DNA from: Basidiobolus meristosporus CBS 931.73
Lineage: Eukaryota > Fungi > Basidiobolomycota
Direction of reading: 5' to 3'
Length of the DNA: 64,000 nucleotides
Assembly (NCBI GenBank): GCA_002104905.1
Contig: MCFE01000342.1
Span: 1 to 64,000, forward strand
Made by a program: the position numbers and the translations under genes
Part shown: positions 34,860 to 47,121 of the stretch, piece by piece
How positions within the stretch are numbered: the first letter of the stretch is position 1
Layout of the letters: every line of letters begins with the position of its first letter
The notes under the pieces: generated by a model
Seen by the model: only the letters and a program-made list of their open reading frames with translations
Databases searched by the model: none
Told to the model about the DNA's origin: nothing

Positions 34860-37800
34860 GGCCTTTTGATGGGATCATCTCAATAATTTTTCATAGGGTA
34901 AGCTTAGCTGTTTCTCCAACAAGTTCAATGTCTCCCAAAGGACAAGATCACCAAACAACAGCTCATGAGGTGTTACATCATGGGCTTAGATGAAGCAAGA
35001 TGTAGGGCATCTGAAAAACTACAGGCATGTAAAACGTTACAAGAGTTGGTCAAATGAGTACAAGGGGTTGTCTTGCTATCAAGGCTACTCTATAGTGATA
35101 CAAATGATCAAAGGACAGGGATCCTCTGTAAGAAAGGAAAAATTGCTTCCCCAAAAGACTGGGAGTTAGAGGAATTATGGCAAGCTGTTGCAGCCAACAA
35201 CTTACTCATTGGCAAGAGTTGGTTTATTTAACATAATATGGACATACTCTACAGTGCATCTGAACTCAGGTGGGATACCAAGAGTATCCCACTGATTCAT
35301 ATCACTGATGAGAGTGAGGTGCATAGCAACAGTGTGGCAATCAAAGAGGTGAAACTGTTGCAGTCTCCATTCATCACACGTAAGGTGATAGAAATACCAC
35401 CCGCCAGTGAGACAGTGATCTCACTAGAGACACCAATGGCTTATTTGACAAGTGGAAGAATCATAACCACAACAAAGGCATCCAAACAACTGGAAGGAAT
35501 TTTGATCCCAAGAGTATGGATACCACTGAAACTTAAAGCACAAAGTCTGAAGTGCTTAGTGGTTAACAACAGGTAACACACAGTGACATTGCCTAGAGGA
35601 CTACCATTGTTAAACCTAGAGGAAGTTGACAGAAACAACCAAGGACCACCTGCAAACAAGGAACCAGAAGAAGAACCCCCCAAACTAGATGTGGACCCTG
35701 GTCTACCACCTGCATTATGAGACAAATACCTAGAAGGAATACACCTGCTTGCCCAAGTATTCTCTAAAAACCAAGTAATTGGTCATATACCTGGGGTATA
35801 TCACCAAGTCTACCTTGCCAACAAATACCCCATCAAGTAAAAGCCTATAGGAACTCAAAAATTGACACAGACTACATCAAAGAGATAATTGAAACTTTAT
35901 TAAACGGCAACATCATTACAGAGAGCCAGTCTCTGTGGGCCTCCCCTGTAGTGATAGTCCCAGAGAAAATGGAAAGTAACGTTTTTGCATTAACTACCAA
36001 AAATTGAACACTGTCACCCAGAAGGACGTGTATCTACTACCACAAATAGACAACCTCTTGGACAGATTAAATGGAGCTAAATATCTTAGCTATCTTGACT
36101 TAATCTCTGGGTATTGGCAAGTAGAAGTAGCCCTGGAAGATCAACCCAAAACCACTTTTATAACATTGTTTGGATTGTACCAATGGAACCAACTACCCTT
36201 TGGCTTGTGCAATGCTCCCGCTACATTCCAAAGAATGATTGACAAGGTGCTAAGAAATTTACAATGGGAATGTGCTGTTATGTATCTGGACAACATCACA
36301 ATATATTCCCCCAATGTAGAAGAACATATACACAATGTGCAATGTATCCTGACAGCCCTCCTCAAGAACCAACTCAAACTACATCCCAAGAAGTGCCATT
36401 TCCTGTATACAAAATGGTTGTTCTTGGGCAACAAGATCCTGGCAGATGGGATATACCCATCTACTTCACTCCTAAAAGCCATTCACGATACACCTGTACC
36501 AAAGGATATCAATGCAGTGTTGGGATTCCTAGAACTAGCTGGCTACTATTGCTGTGTTGTCTAAGACTTTGCAACAATAGCGGCCCCACTGTACAAATAG
36601 ATGCAAACAGACCGGTGTTTTGTGAGGTTGGAGCCTCAAAAGCAAGTATGCAATCAGCTGAAACATTCCCTGACGTCACTGCCAGTGTTATGTTTTCCCA
36701 ATTGGGATGTGAGATTTTTTATTAACTGTAATGGAAGTCTCACTGGTATAGGTGCCATACTGGGACAATACCACCAACCCAGCAAATTACACCCAATTGG
36801 TTTTGTGGGCTGTTTGCTAAACAAACACAAATGTCACTACCCCATTACCAAGATAGAATGTCTGGCTGTTGTTTATTCATTTAAACAACTCCATACATAC
36901 ATATATGGCCACCAATTCACCATAATGATAGACCATGGCACACTGGTCTGGCTGAAGAAAACTAAAGACTTTCCTGGTTGACTAGCATGTTGGGCCCTCC
37001 AACTACAAGAATACAACTACAACATAATTTATTGAGCTGGCAAGAAACACATGGATGCAGACTTCCTCAGTTGCTATCCTGTTTGCCAAGTACGTGTCAG
37101 CAATGACTACAAGGATGTAATCTGCTATAGAAGAAGTGGGAAGTACCCCATACAATTATTACAAACAAGCAGAAAAGAGACTTTCAAAGTAAATGGTGTC
37201 AGTACAAAGTACAAGAAAACCAATTATGGCTCCTTCAAGGACAGTTCAGAGTCAAGGTACCCCCAGCAACTGCCTGCAAAGAAATCATACAAGAAAGACA
37301 TATGTCATTAGGACACACTAACCCCCTAACAGCATATAAAATGTTAAGAAAGACATTTTATGGAAAAAAAGTGATTAACAACTTCATGGATACATTACAA
37401 AGATGCTCCACCTGTGAAAGATTTAACCAGAGTCAGAAGATAGGGACAACCACACCAATACCGCTTGACCTACCCTTCTACTGGGTAGGGATTGACTTTG
37501 TTGGCCCCTTTATGAAAACAAAGAAAGGAGAAAAATACATAATAGTTGCTACCAGTTATTTCTCAAAGTGGGTGGTAGCCCAAGCCATCCAAAATACAGA
37601 TCAGAAGACAACCACCCAATTTATTCTAGAGCACCTCATCTGCTGGCACCAATATCCTCAGATACTCCTGTCCAACAATGGTAGTTCCTTCCTGAACAAC
37701 ACCATGGCCCATTTGTGCAAAATGATGGGTGAGAAACAGGTCTTCACAGCTGCATATCACCTGCAGACCAAGGGATTAACCAAGAGGATGAGCCAGATGT

Positions 37801-39138
37801 GTTGCCACATACTAGAGAAGCTCCACTGGCAACTTCCCCAGTCATGTGCCAAGCTACTCCCACTGACACTCCTAGCAATGTGTAAAATACCAAGTAAAAC
37901 AACAGGTTTCTCCCCATACAAAGTTCTGTATGGACAAAGGCCCAAATGGTGTAAAGAAGCTGGATTGACAATGGAAGGTGTCCCCTTGACAGCACATAAC
38001 AACTATGTAGAAAGGTTGATACACCACATTGGCCACCTATACATAAAAGTATTTGAAAATGTTGACAAGCACCTTCCGCCTCCACCTAAAAATGAGAAAC
38101 TAACGGGACAAAAGTGGAAACCAGGCAATAAAGTGTGGTACAACCAAACTGTAGCAGGCCTCACGTTTTGCCCACAGTTTGCACCCCAATGGATTGGCCC
38201 TTGCACTGTTACTAGCTCAGACCACAAGACAAAGTACACCATCACCCTGAGCAATAAGACAATCAGCAATGTTGCACCAGTCCATCTGAAACTGTTACAT
38301 GACAGACCACCACTAATCACTGAAACCAAAGTGTGATTAAACAATTAACAGGACAAGGATAGTGGAAGACACAAGATACATACAAAGCCTATTAGAGGAG
38401 ATTTTAGTTGGTATAGGTACAAATGATATGCGCAAGGAAGTTTGCCTAAAGGGAGAGCAAAAGAATGCATATGGAAAGCGCAGAAGAAAACAGTTCACCC
38501 AAACTGGTGATACCCCTCCCACCAGCAAGCACTAAGATGATATCAAAAACAAGACCAACCTGCAAGGGTTGAGAGATATGGTATGAGTGTTACATGCAAC
38601 AAGAACCACCTATGAAGAGTCATGTACTGGAGTAGTCATCTTGATACAAGACACTATCAGAGAGGGACAAGGCAAACTACTCATGCCAATACAAAGTATG
38701 GAGATACTTCCCAAGAAGACAATGTATCACCTGAGAGGAGGTCCCTTGAGCATTAAGGAGAAGGTGACTGCACTGATTCCTGTATGCATACTGGACACAG
38801 TCAGACAGTAGACACAAGGAATCAACTGTTGTGCCCTCATAAGGCCTCAAGAGCCCCCTGGTTCTGTTACATACTTGCCATTAATAGGTACCATGGTTGT
38901 TGACGTATATGCAAACCTGGTACAATCCTCAAGAGCACCAGAAATAGAGCTTCCAATCAAAGGACTCCTCCAAGAAATTTGCAAACATCTTGAACCGCAT
39001 TTCCTAGAAGGAGCCATCCTAGAGAAGATATGCAAACAGATTAAATATACTGGCCAGTTAACCCATGCAATCCACCAAGTTGCTGCATTACAACTATTAC
39101 AATGGTTTACCATAGGACAACTCAGGAACCAGTACAAA
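34860..39138 (+). mobile_element. Degraded Ty3/Gypsy pol (PR-RT spacer, RT, RNase H, integrase) plus a downstream extra frame; left boundary approximate
   Basis: WASPVVIV, LDLISGYWQV, PFGLCNAPATFQR, YLDN, IECLAVVY, VGIDFVGP, AAYHLQTKGLTKRM, SPYKVLYG, PQWIGPC. Confidence 0.9.
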
Positions 39139-39650
39139 AGAATTGTTTCACTGTACTGTGCCAGGGCACGCAGCGCAATCCAAGGTCTTTAAGAACAACT
39201 GAGTGCAATATTTTAGCTACCAGTAGGCAGGATTGCTCTTAGACAATTTTGCATCATATGGGACAATCTTGCACACTATGGCACAATCTGACACAATGAG
39301 GTTGGCACAAATGATTGTGCCCACTTGTAATGTATGCATCACCTGCGCAATTGGATACCGCTATTATGGTAGGTAAAATCCGGTATTTGGATATGTTTCT
39401 TTAATGTAAGTGGATATAAATGAGTATCACACTATAAACTACACTGATACCTACCATTTTGGTTGCAATCACTCCAATTGGATAGTATCTCAGTGGTTGA
39501 TTGATCCAAAAGTATCCTGAAGCTTTCAGCCCCCAATTGGCTTTTTGACCAATACACAGGCTACCTGATTTGCAATCAAATATCCCATTTTGCCCATTAA
39601 GCAAGTAAATCCCTGATCCTAGTGATTGGACAAGGTGTCATAGCAGCACA
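39139..39650 (-). mobile_element. Right-end fragment of the PHIS DNA transposon (copy 3, inverted)
   Basis: Reverse complement matches ~51,860-52,363, including the degenerate TIR AGAATTGTTTCACTGTACTGTGCCAGGG. Confidence 0.85.
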
Positions 39651-40870
39651 CTGTGGTGGTGTATAGGTCCAAGTAAGAGATACATCCAACACTTCTCAAG
39701 TGTTTTGTGTGCAGGGTGTTCACTGGGTGAGATAACCTCTGGCAAAAGCTTGCTAGGAATACTGGATGAAGAGTTTTGAGGTATATTCTCCACCATTGTT
39801 AGAGCAAATTTTCTTGATTTTTTCACCAGTTTCTCTCTTCAACATGTTGTTAAACTCCCTGAGTTTAAACAGAAAGTCTTCCTTTCTATACATGAAGTAG
39901 ACCCATGTGTATCTTGTACAATCATAAATAAAATTGATTAAATACTTCTTCTGTTTAAGGATAATTCTTGCATAGATCCACACCAATCTGAGTTAATTAG
40001 ATCTAGTTTGATTAACATAGAGCTCTTGAGCAGCTGTATGGCTTGTTTCCCATATATCCATGCTTCACAGTGCTCCAGATTAGCTGGGGGATCAGTTTTT
40101 ACTCCCAAAACTAGCTGATCTTTGATCATTTTGTACAAATAATCAAAATAGATGTGTCCAAATCTGCTGTGCCAAAGCATTGGTGTTATGTCTTTTAAGT
40201 TATTTACATTGGCTTCATGATATGATGGAATATAAGTAGTTTCTGCATATTCTGATCTTGGATACCAAAAGCAATATGAGAACCATTTTGATTAGTGAAC
40301 CTACATCCGGAATTGTTGTAGCTGAAAGTGAGTCCTTCTGCTGTCACCTTACTTAAAGATAGTAGGCTCTTGGCTATTTATGGTACCTAGGGTACATCTT
40401 TAAAGGTTGGTGTATGGCTTCCTTCACTTCTTCTAAGGCTTACTTGGATAGTTCCTGCTCCCACTGCATCAAGTGTTCTATTGTCACCCATGAAAACCTT
40501 CCTGATTGCAATTTCTTGGTATTGGGTAAAAAGATCTTTTTAGTATGTGCAGTGTTGAGATGCTCTAGAGTCAATATACCATATCTGAGAATCCTTATTT
40601 GTGGTCATATTTAGTGCAGATATGAATAGTCTATATTCAGGTGTGGCAGTATTTCCATATTCAGGCTTTTTCTGCTAAGTATCTTTCATTTTGAAGTACA
40701 GGTCTAATGTGTGTCCTTTCCTTTTGAAGGAGTTGCAAAACAGGCTGAAACTGCCTTTGAAAGTTTGGGTATCATTCTTGTTGGTCATCATTGCTTATCA
40801 AAGCATTTTCTTCTTCCTTCTTATTGGTGCTTGATTTTCTTAATACTTCATCCAGGAGCCTTCCATACAG
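39650..40870 (-). mobile_element. Degraded Copia gag-PR-IN fragment
   Basis: Reverse complement aligns with ~29,090-30,300 (LWHSRFGHIY, FIYDCTRYTWVYF), with deletions. Confidence 0.85.
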
Positions 40871-40875
40871 ATTAT

Positions 40876-41410
40876 TGTATCCCAGAGAAAAGTTTAATAA
40901 AACTCATGAATGAGTTAACTGAACCTAAGTGACAACTAAGTGCAGTATCTTATAATTATCAAGAGTGACAGAAATATTAGCAAAGAGGTTATGGTCTAAT
41001 ATTGGTCTTATATATAGCTGAGTTGGCCTATAAAGGCAACAGAGTAGGTTTGCTATGTGGGCTAAGCTTGGTAGTCCTGAGAGTGCTAGATATGCTAAGT
41101 TTGGGTAGAAACTAGAATAGATTTGTTGAATTCTTAATTTTGTTGAGACACAAATTAAACCAAAAGGTTCAGTAAACTTTATGTATACTTTTGTGAATGA
41201 GTTGCACTGGTAAGCGCCAAGAGGCTGGACTAGTTGAAATCTGTTGGGGTGTTGATAGGTGCATAAGATAAGTGAAAAATTGCATCATTAATCAGTTTAT
41301 GTCTTGGCAACTGCTAAGTGGTTGGATAAATCTCAGTTGACTAATCACTTGGAAAGGCTTAGCAGATCAGCTGAGGATGTAATAATATCTGGGGACAAGT
41401 TTAGATTGTC
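40876..41410 (-). mobile_element. LTR-like repeat, family Y (second copy, inverted)
   Basis: Homologous to 24788-25345; no matching TSD found. Confidence 0.65.
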
Positions 41411-42309
41411 AGATTGCATCTAGTGTCATAACATATGACCCATCTGGAAATCTGCTGTTTCTGTGTCTTGAGGCGTATGTTGAAGTCATCTTTTGCTGTG
41501 TGGTCTTACTTCTGTCACTGATAGCAGGGTAGACAATGTTTGTAAGGTACTCAAGCCGGTTCTTTAGCTTGTCTGTATTCAAACTTGCTAGCTCTGTACT
41601 CTGGTAGTCCCCAAAGTGGTTGTATCTTCTTCCAAACATCAAAGAAAATGGTGTTCATCCATGTAGAGCAGCAATCTTGGTATTGATAGCATACTGCACA
41701 GTGGGAATGTACTTGTCCCAATTCTTCTTTATACTTTTGATCAATTTTCCAATGATGTTCACTGAGGTCTGAGCATGTCTTTCAGCAAGTCCATTAGCTT
41801 TTGGATGATGTGGAGTGATCAGATGGTGATCAATAGTGCTATTGTGGCAGAGGGCCTTGATCACGTGATTTACAAATTCTTTTCCATTATCCAATTGAAT
41901 GACCTTAAGGAACCCAAAAAGGCAGAAGAGCTTGAATAGTGCTTGCGCAATAGTGGCACCATACTTGTCTGGGATAGCCTTGAGGAAGACAAAAGATGTG
42001 CAGAGATCCACAATTACAAAGCGGTAGTGATTACCTTCATCACTGGTGGTCAAAGGTCCAGCTAGATCAATTGCAATATGATCCATAGGAAGAGTTGCAT
42101 GGAGGGGACTCAAAGGGTGAAATCCATGGAGGCTGATATGGTAAAGTTGGAATTCTTTGCAAGACTTGACAAGTTCTAGGCAGTCAGCTTTGATATTTGG
42201 CAAGTAATATCCATCAGAGTGTAGCTTCTTCATAAATGTGTTGGCTCCAAAGTGTCCAGGCAGATGACTCCCCTGTATCAACATTTTCCTTTCATTGGTA
42301 TGTGGGATT

Positions 42310-44338
42310 TGTTGTAATTATTGAATTGTCACCTAAATATTCATGCTAACTTAGTCACATAGATCTTATTCTGTGATTAGCATTCTGTCCTGACTAGATT
42401 TCTTGTCGGGATTTACTTAGAATATTTTCACCAAATTGTCAGGTACCCAGATTATTATTTTTCTCAAAGTCGTCCAAAAGACCCCAAACTTTGCACACAT
42501 ATTCTTGGGACCTTCCTTAACAAACTCTACACGTTTGTTTCCTCTACTTTATCAAAAGTATAAATACTATACTTTTGATCAATAAATCTACAAGTGAATA
42601 ACATGTAAATCATCTAGTTCTCCACATCACTTCCAATACTCCTCAGAATATTGCAACAGGTTATGAGCCCCGAGCTTGCTGTCCTCTTGGTGTCTACTAT
42701 GCTTTGGATCCTTTTCTGCTAGTCTGGAGAAAGACTTTCCGCACTATTGCTCTGCTAAGGTTAAAGAAGACTACCGCTGCTAAAGGACTATGTTTATGAG
42801 GATATTGCTGTGGAGAAGAAGGCCTTGCCTTTAAAAGATGCTTTCAGTAACTATCCAAGTTAGTTATGGAGAAGAGTCAATCAAACTGGCATGTAATTGT
42901 GTCAAGAAATATAGTATGTTGGTGCTCTACCACTACTGAAGAAAATTGCGTAATTCCAGCAATTGAGGGTCCAGATCTACAATGAAATATACTGCAATAT
43001 GTATTCATATGACCCCAATTGACTGTTAGACGAGCTCTTGGATAGGATATTATCCTGAATTGCAAAAAAAAAAAAAAATAGATCATTATTAAATGATTGC
43101 CGGAGGAGGATTTTACCAAAAATCTGTTGCCACTCAAAATACAGCTGAGAATGCAAATACTGGAGCTGTTAGCCGCCATTCTGGACTATCTACTGATGGA
43201 AAAAGATCTCAGAAACAAGCTTCCTGAATTGTAAGGATCCCAATGATATATAATACATATATATCCACCTGGAGTACGGATATGTACTACACAATCCATT
43301 AGAAGAATGCTATAATTGTATCAAGTGTTTTGATACTGAAACCAGTGTACCAGGAGCTAAATATGGAGCTGTTAGACGTGCTACCACTCTGTTTAAGTCT
43401 CAAAACAGTGGGAGAAAGTATTATACAAATTTAGCAAAATCAACTCATGAAGATTCTACCGCCAGCCAAAGGAGTGAAGCATATAATTGCAAGCCTGATT
43501 AGAGTATACAACCAAGCAACAGTTGGTCAGTACACAGCTAAGAGCCACTCAGAAGATACCACAGTATACACCTTTCTTTACTGTAAAGGAGCAATTTCAT
43601 GGAATTCAAGAAAGCAACCAACCGTAGCACTTTCTACTACAGAGGCAGAATATATGGCAGCCTGTGAGGCTACAAAGGAAGCAATGTGGTTAAGAAAGCT
43701 GTTTACAGATTTAGGCCTATGTCAAAAAACGCCTATTACTTTATTTCAAGATAATCAAGGATGTATACAATTAGGTAGAAATCCAACTTTTCATGCTAGA
43801 ACCAAGCACATAGATATTAGACATCATTTCATACGTGAAGCTATAGAGAGTAACTTAGTTAGATTAGTTTACTGTCCTACAGATGAAATGATTGCAGACA
43901 TATTTACCAAACCATTAGCTAGAGACAAGTTTGAATATCTTAGGTCAAAATTAGGACTAGTCAGTATGAACATTTAGCTGAGTGGGAGTGTTGTAAAAAA
44001 TTCGTATTTCCACCTAAATATTCACCTAACTTAGTCACTTAGATCATTACCTTCAAATCCTAGAAAATACTGACCAAATTCCTTGTCGGGATTTACTTAG
44101 AATATTTTCACCAAAATACCAGGTACCCAGAACATGAAAATTCTCAAAGTTGTCCAAACAGCCCCAAACTTTGCACACATGTTCTTGGGACCTTCCTTAA
44201 CCTATTCTACGTGTTTGTAATGCCAAGACCAGGTAAAAGTATAAATACCACTTTTACATTCAATAAATCATTAAGTGAAAACCACATAATCTACTTGTTC
44301 TCCCAATCACTTCCAATATCTCCAAGACTCTTACAACA
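42310..44338 (+). mobile_element. 2,029-bp internally deleted Copia derivative: 5' LTR 42310-42658, PBS GGTTATGAGCCC, RNase H tail, PPT, 3' LTR 43989-44338; TSD GGATT
   Basis: GGATT at 42305-42309 and 44339-44343; intact RNase H C-terminus (GAISWNSRKQ..ADIFTKPL) in ORF 43447-43977. Confidence 0.88.
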
Positions 44339-45515
44339 GGATTTTCCAGGATGCTGAATCCAGTTCAGGAACTTTATTGGAAGTTGTAGTGAGCTCACGG
44401 ATTATGTCAGTAATCACATGCCCCTCCCAAAATGAAGTTGGAAAAGTCTTGAAAGGTGGTCAGGTAGGATGCTGAGGATTCCTGGGCAATGTATAACTAT
44501 ATATTCATAATCAAGTAGAGTATCAAGCCAGTTGGTAAGCATTGGAGTCAGAGTCTTTTGAGTGTGGATATAGACAAGGGCTTGGTGGTTGGTATACAAG
44601 GTAACAGGGCTACCCCATAAGTACTGATGAAACTTCTTCAAGGCAAAGATTATGGCAAGTAGCTCCTTCTTGATGACAGAGTAGTTTCTCTCAGCAGGTT
44701 TTAGAGATCTGGCTTGAAAAGAGATCCAGTGAGGTGGATATTGGTCTTCATCCTGGTATAGGACAGCCCCTAACCCAACATTAGATGCATCCATTGCAAC
44801 AAAAAGGTCTTAGTAAAGCCTTGGTAGGATAGGGTGGGTGCCCGTGGGAGCAACTGGCAGAGTGACTCAAATGCTTGGTCATGAACCTTGTTCCAGGCTG
44901 AGGGAAGATCAGGACTATGGTGTAATGCATCCAAAGGGGCACTCAATGAGTACGTGAGAGGAATGTGTTCCCTGGAATAGTTGAATATTCCAAGATAATG
45001 TTGGAGCTGCTTAGCACTATTGGGTTTTGGCCATTCAGGAATATTGACCAGTTTGAAAGGATCAAGCTGGTGGCCATCTGGAGTGACAATGAATCCAAGT
45101 AGATTGATTTTGAGGCTGGCAAAGCTGCACTTTTCCGCATTAAGAATCAGGTCAGCAGCTGTCAGTCTATTTATTACATCAGTGACATGGGTTGCATGAT
45201 TGTCATGATTTGTGGAAAATATGATGACATCATCAACAAATACCAAAGCATATGGTGTGTTGTGGTGGTGTAGAGGTACTCCTGGGAGAAGCTACACAAC
45301 TCAAGGTGTGTGAGGTGTCTGATGGGTGCAATAGACTTGTTCCGTTGGATAGTGCCACATAGTGCCAGCCGGTTTATAGTGCCGGATCAATCTGGCACTC
45401 TACGGCACTATCTGGCACTATAATTTCTACCATGATGCCAGTGGTATGATACAGTTACTGGTAATTTTACTCAATCTTACTTATGTTGCTCAGAATAGTG
45501 CTTTCCTTGCTTTAT

Positions 45516-46400
45516 TTACTCTTCATAATGCTCCAGACACATTTCTCTCAGTGGATGTCTTCTTGTATGAACATACTGTGCATTGATAAGTATCTTAACT
45601 ATTTTACCTATTCTGCTGTTTTCTCCTATATATGACTTTCCTCTGTATTTACCTGCCAATATGCTGAATCTCTTCAGATATCCAAATGTGTGCTCTACCC
45701 TTACTCTGAAATGATTAAATATCTCATTGTAGAGCTTCTGCTTCCTGCTAAGCACACCATTCCTTGGCTTCCTATAAGCTGTAATACATCCTAATCTCTG
45801 ACAATCCTCTCCTATATAGGCCAAGTCTGCCATACATTTCTCCCCTCTACTGAATTCAGGATGATTCTCTACCCAGAGTGCATTGTCAAGCCTACTTCCA
45901 GCAAATGGCCCACTAAACCAGATGATGTTACCCTCAATGTCAGACAGTGCTTGAAACTTCACACAGTGTGCCTTGTACTTGCCAGAATAAAAGTGCCTCT
46001 GCCCTCTAGAAGATCTGTTAATCCTCACTGGGAAGGTATCCAAAATACTCCTGATATGGAACCTGTTGCTGAACACTCTGGGATATGGAAGTCTATTGGA
46101 GCTTCTGAACCTAGTATTCCAAGCTTGCTCTAAGTCATTCATACCCTCTGCAAGGTGGTTCTCCATTGCTGTCAGCTGGGAATGAAAGCTTCTAGGACTT
46201 TTGTTGCCATGGATGGTGGGATGAAACCTTGTAGGGCAATAGTTCTTGTAATAGCAGAGAAGCTTAACAAGGGATCTCCTTGAGTAGATTGGGGTTGATG
46301 GTCCACAGTACTTGGAATAGATCTCCTCCAGTGTGTCAAAAGGAAATCCAGTGGTAGTGATGGGATTGATGAGAAAAGACCATTCAGATGAGTAAGTCAT
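45516..46400 (-). CDS. Intact DDE transposase, DDE_Tnp_4 / IS5-ISL2EU-Harbinger type (294 aa)
   Basis: ILDTFP (D), YSGKYKAHCVKFQ, MADLAY (D), RKP..LS..QKLYNEIFNHFRVRVEHTFGYLKRF (E). Confidence 0.93.
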   Translation of the reverse strand: MTYSSEWSFLINPITTTGFPFDTLEEIYSKYCGPSTPIYSRRSLVKLLCYYKNYCPTRFHPTIHGNKSPRSFHSQLTAMENHLAEGMNDLEQAWNTRFRSSNRLPYPRVFSNRFHIRSILDTFPVRINRSSRGQRHFYSGKYKAHCVKFQALSDIEGNIIWFSGPFAGSRLDNALWVENHPEFSRGEKCMADLAYIGEDCQRLGCITAYRKPRNGVLSRKQKLYNEIFNHFRVRVEHTFGYLKRFSILAGKYRGKSYIGENSRIGKIVKILINAQYVHTRRHPLREMCLEHYEE

Positions 46401-47121
46401 ATTAAAATTGATGGATGATCATATGGAGGCGGTTTGAATTGATTCGGCGCGATCTGCGTTATTTATCTGATTTTTAACACATTATGGTTAAATCTCCATC
46501 AATTGCCATGTATCCCATCATTGTGTTGCAAAAATCATCCGCAAACAATGCCTTGGTACTTTTATTGATGCTTTAATCATAGGTCTATAATCAAATAGGA
46601 AATCTGCAATTGATGTGATCTGATCCATGTCAACGCGATCCAAGATGCATCATGCATAATATATGGAAAATTCAACAATCACTTTAGTTTTCATATATAT
46701 TTCATATAAGACCAGGTTGATGCCAATATACTGCTGTATAAGTATCCAAATCCGTTGCTATGGTCCCCATACCAAGCCTCAACTCATCTTTAGTACAACC
46801 CAGACAAAACCCATCCCCCAGCTCACAAGCGCGGTCCGGACCGGAAAAGTCAATGTCGGATCCGTTTGAGTTCTTGCCAAATGATTTTAGTATGGCCCAA
46901 GTGTCTATGATGAGCCTTCATACAGATATTTGGGCACTACTGATTAATTTAGCAGAACTAGATACCTCAGAGAGTCGACAAAGATGGAAGAATTTGAGTA
47001 GAAAGCTGTGGCATGAGTTCTACATCAAGATGCCAGCCAATGTATGTAAAAAGATATATAACAAGACAAGTATTGAAATCAAGAATGAGCTGAGAGTGAG
47101 GGGATTTGACAAGGAAGCCGC

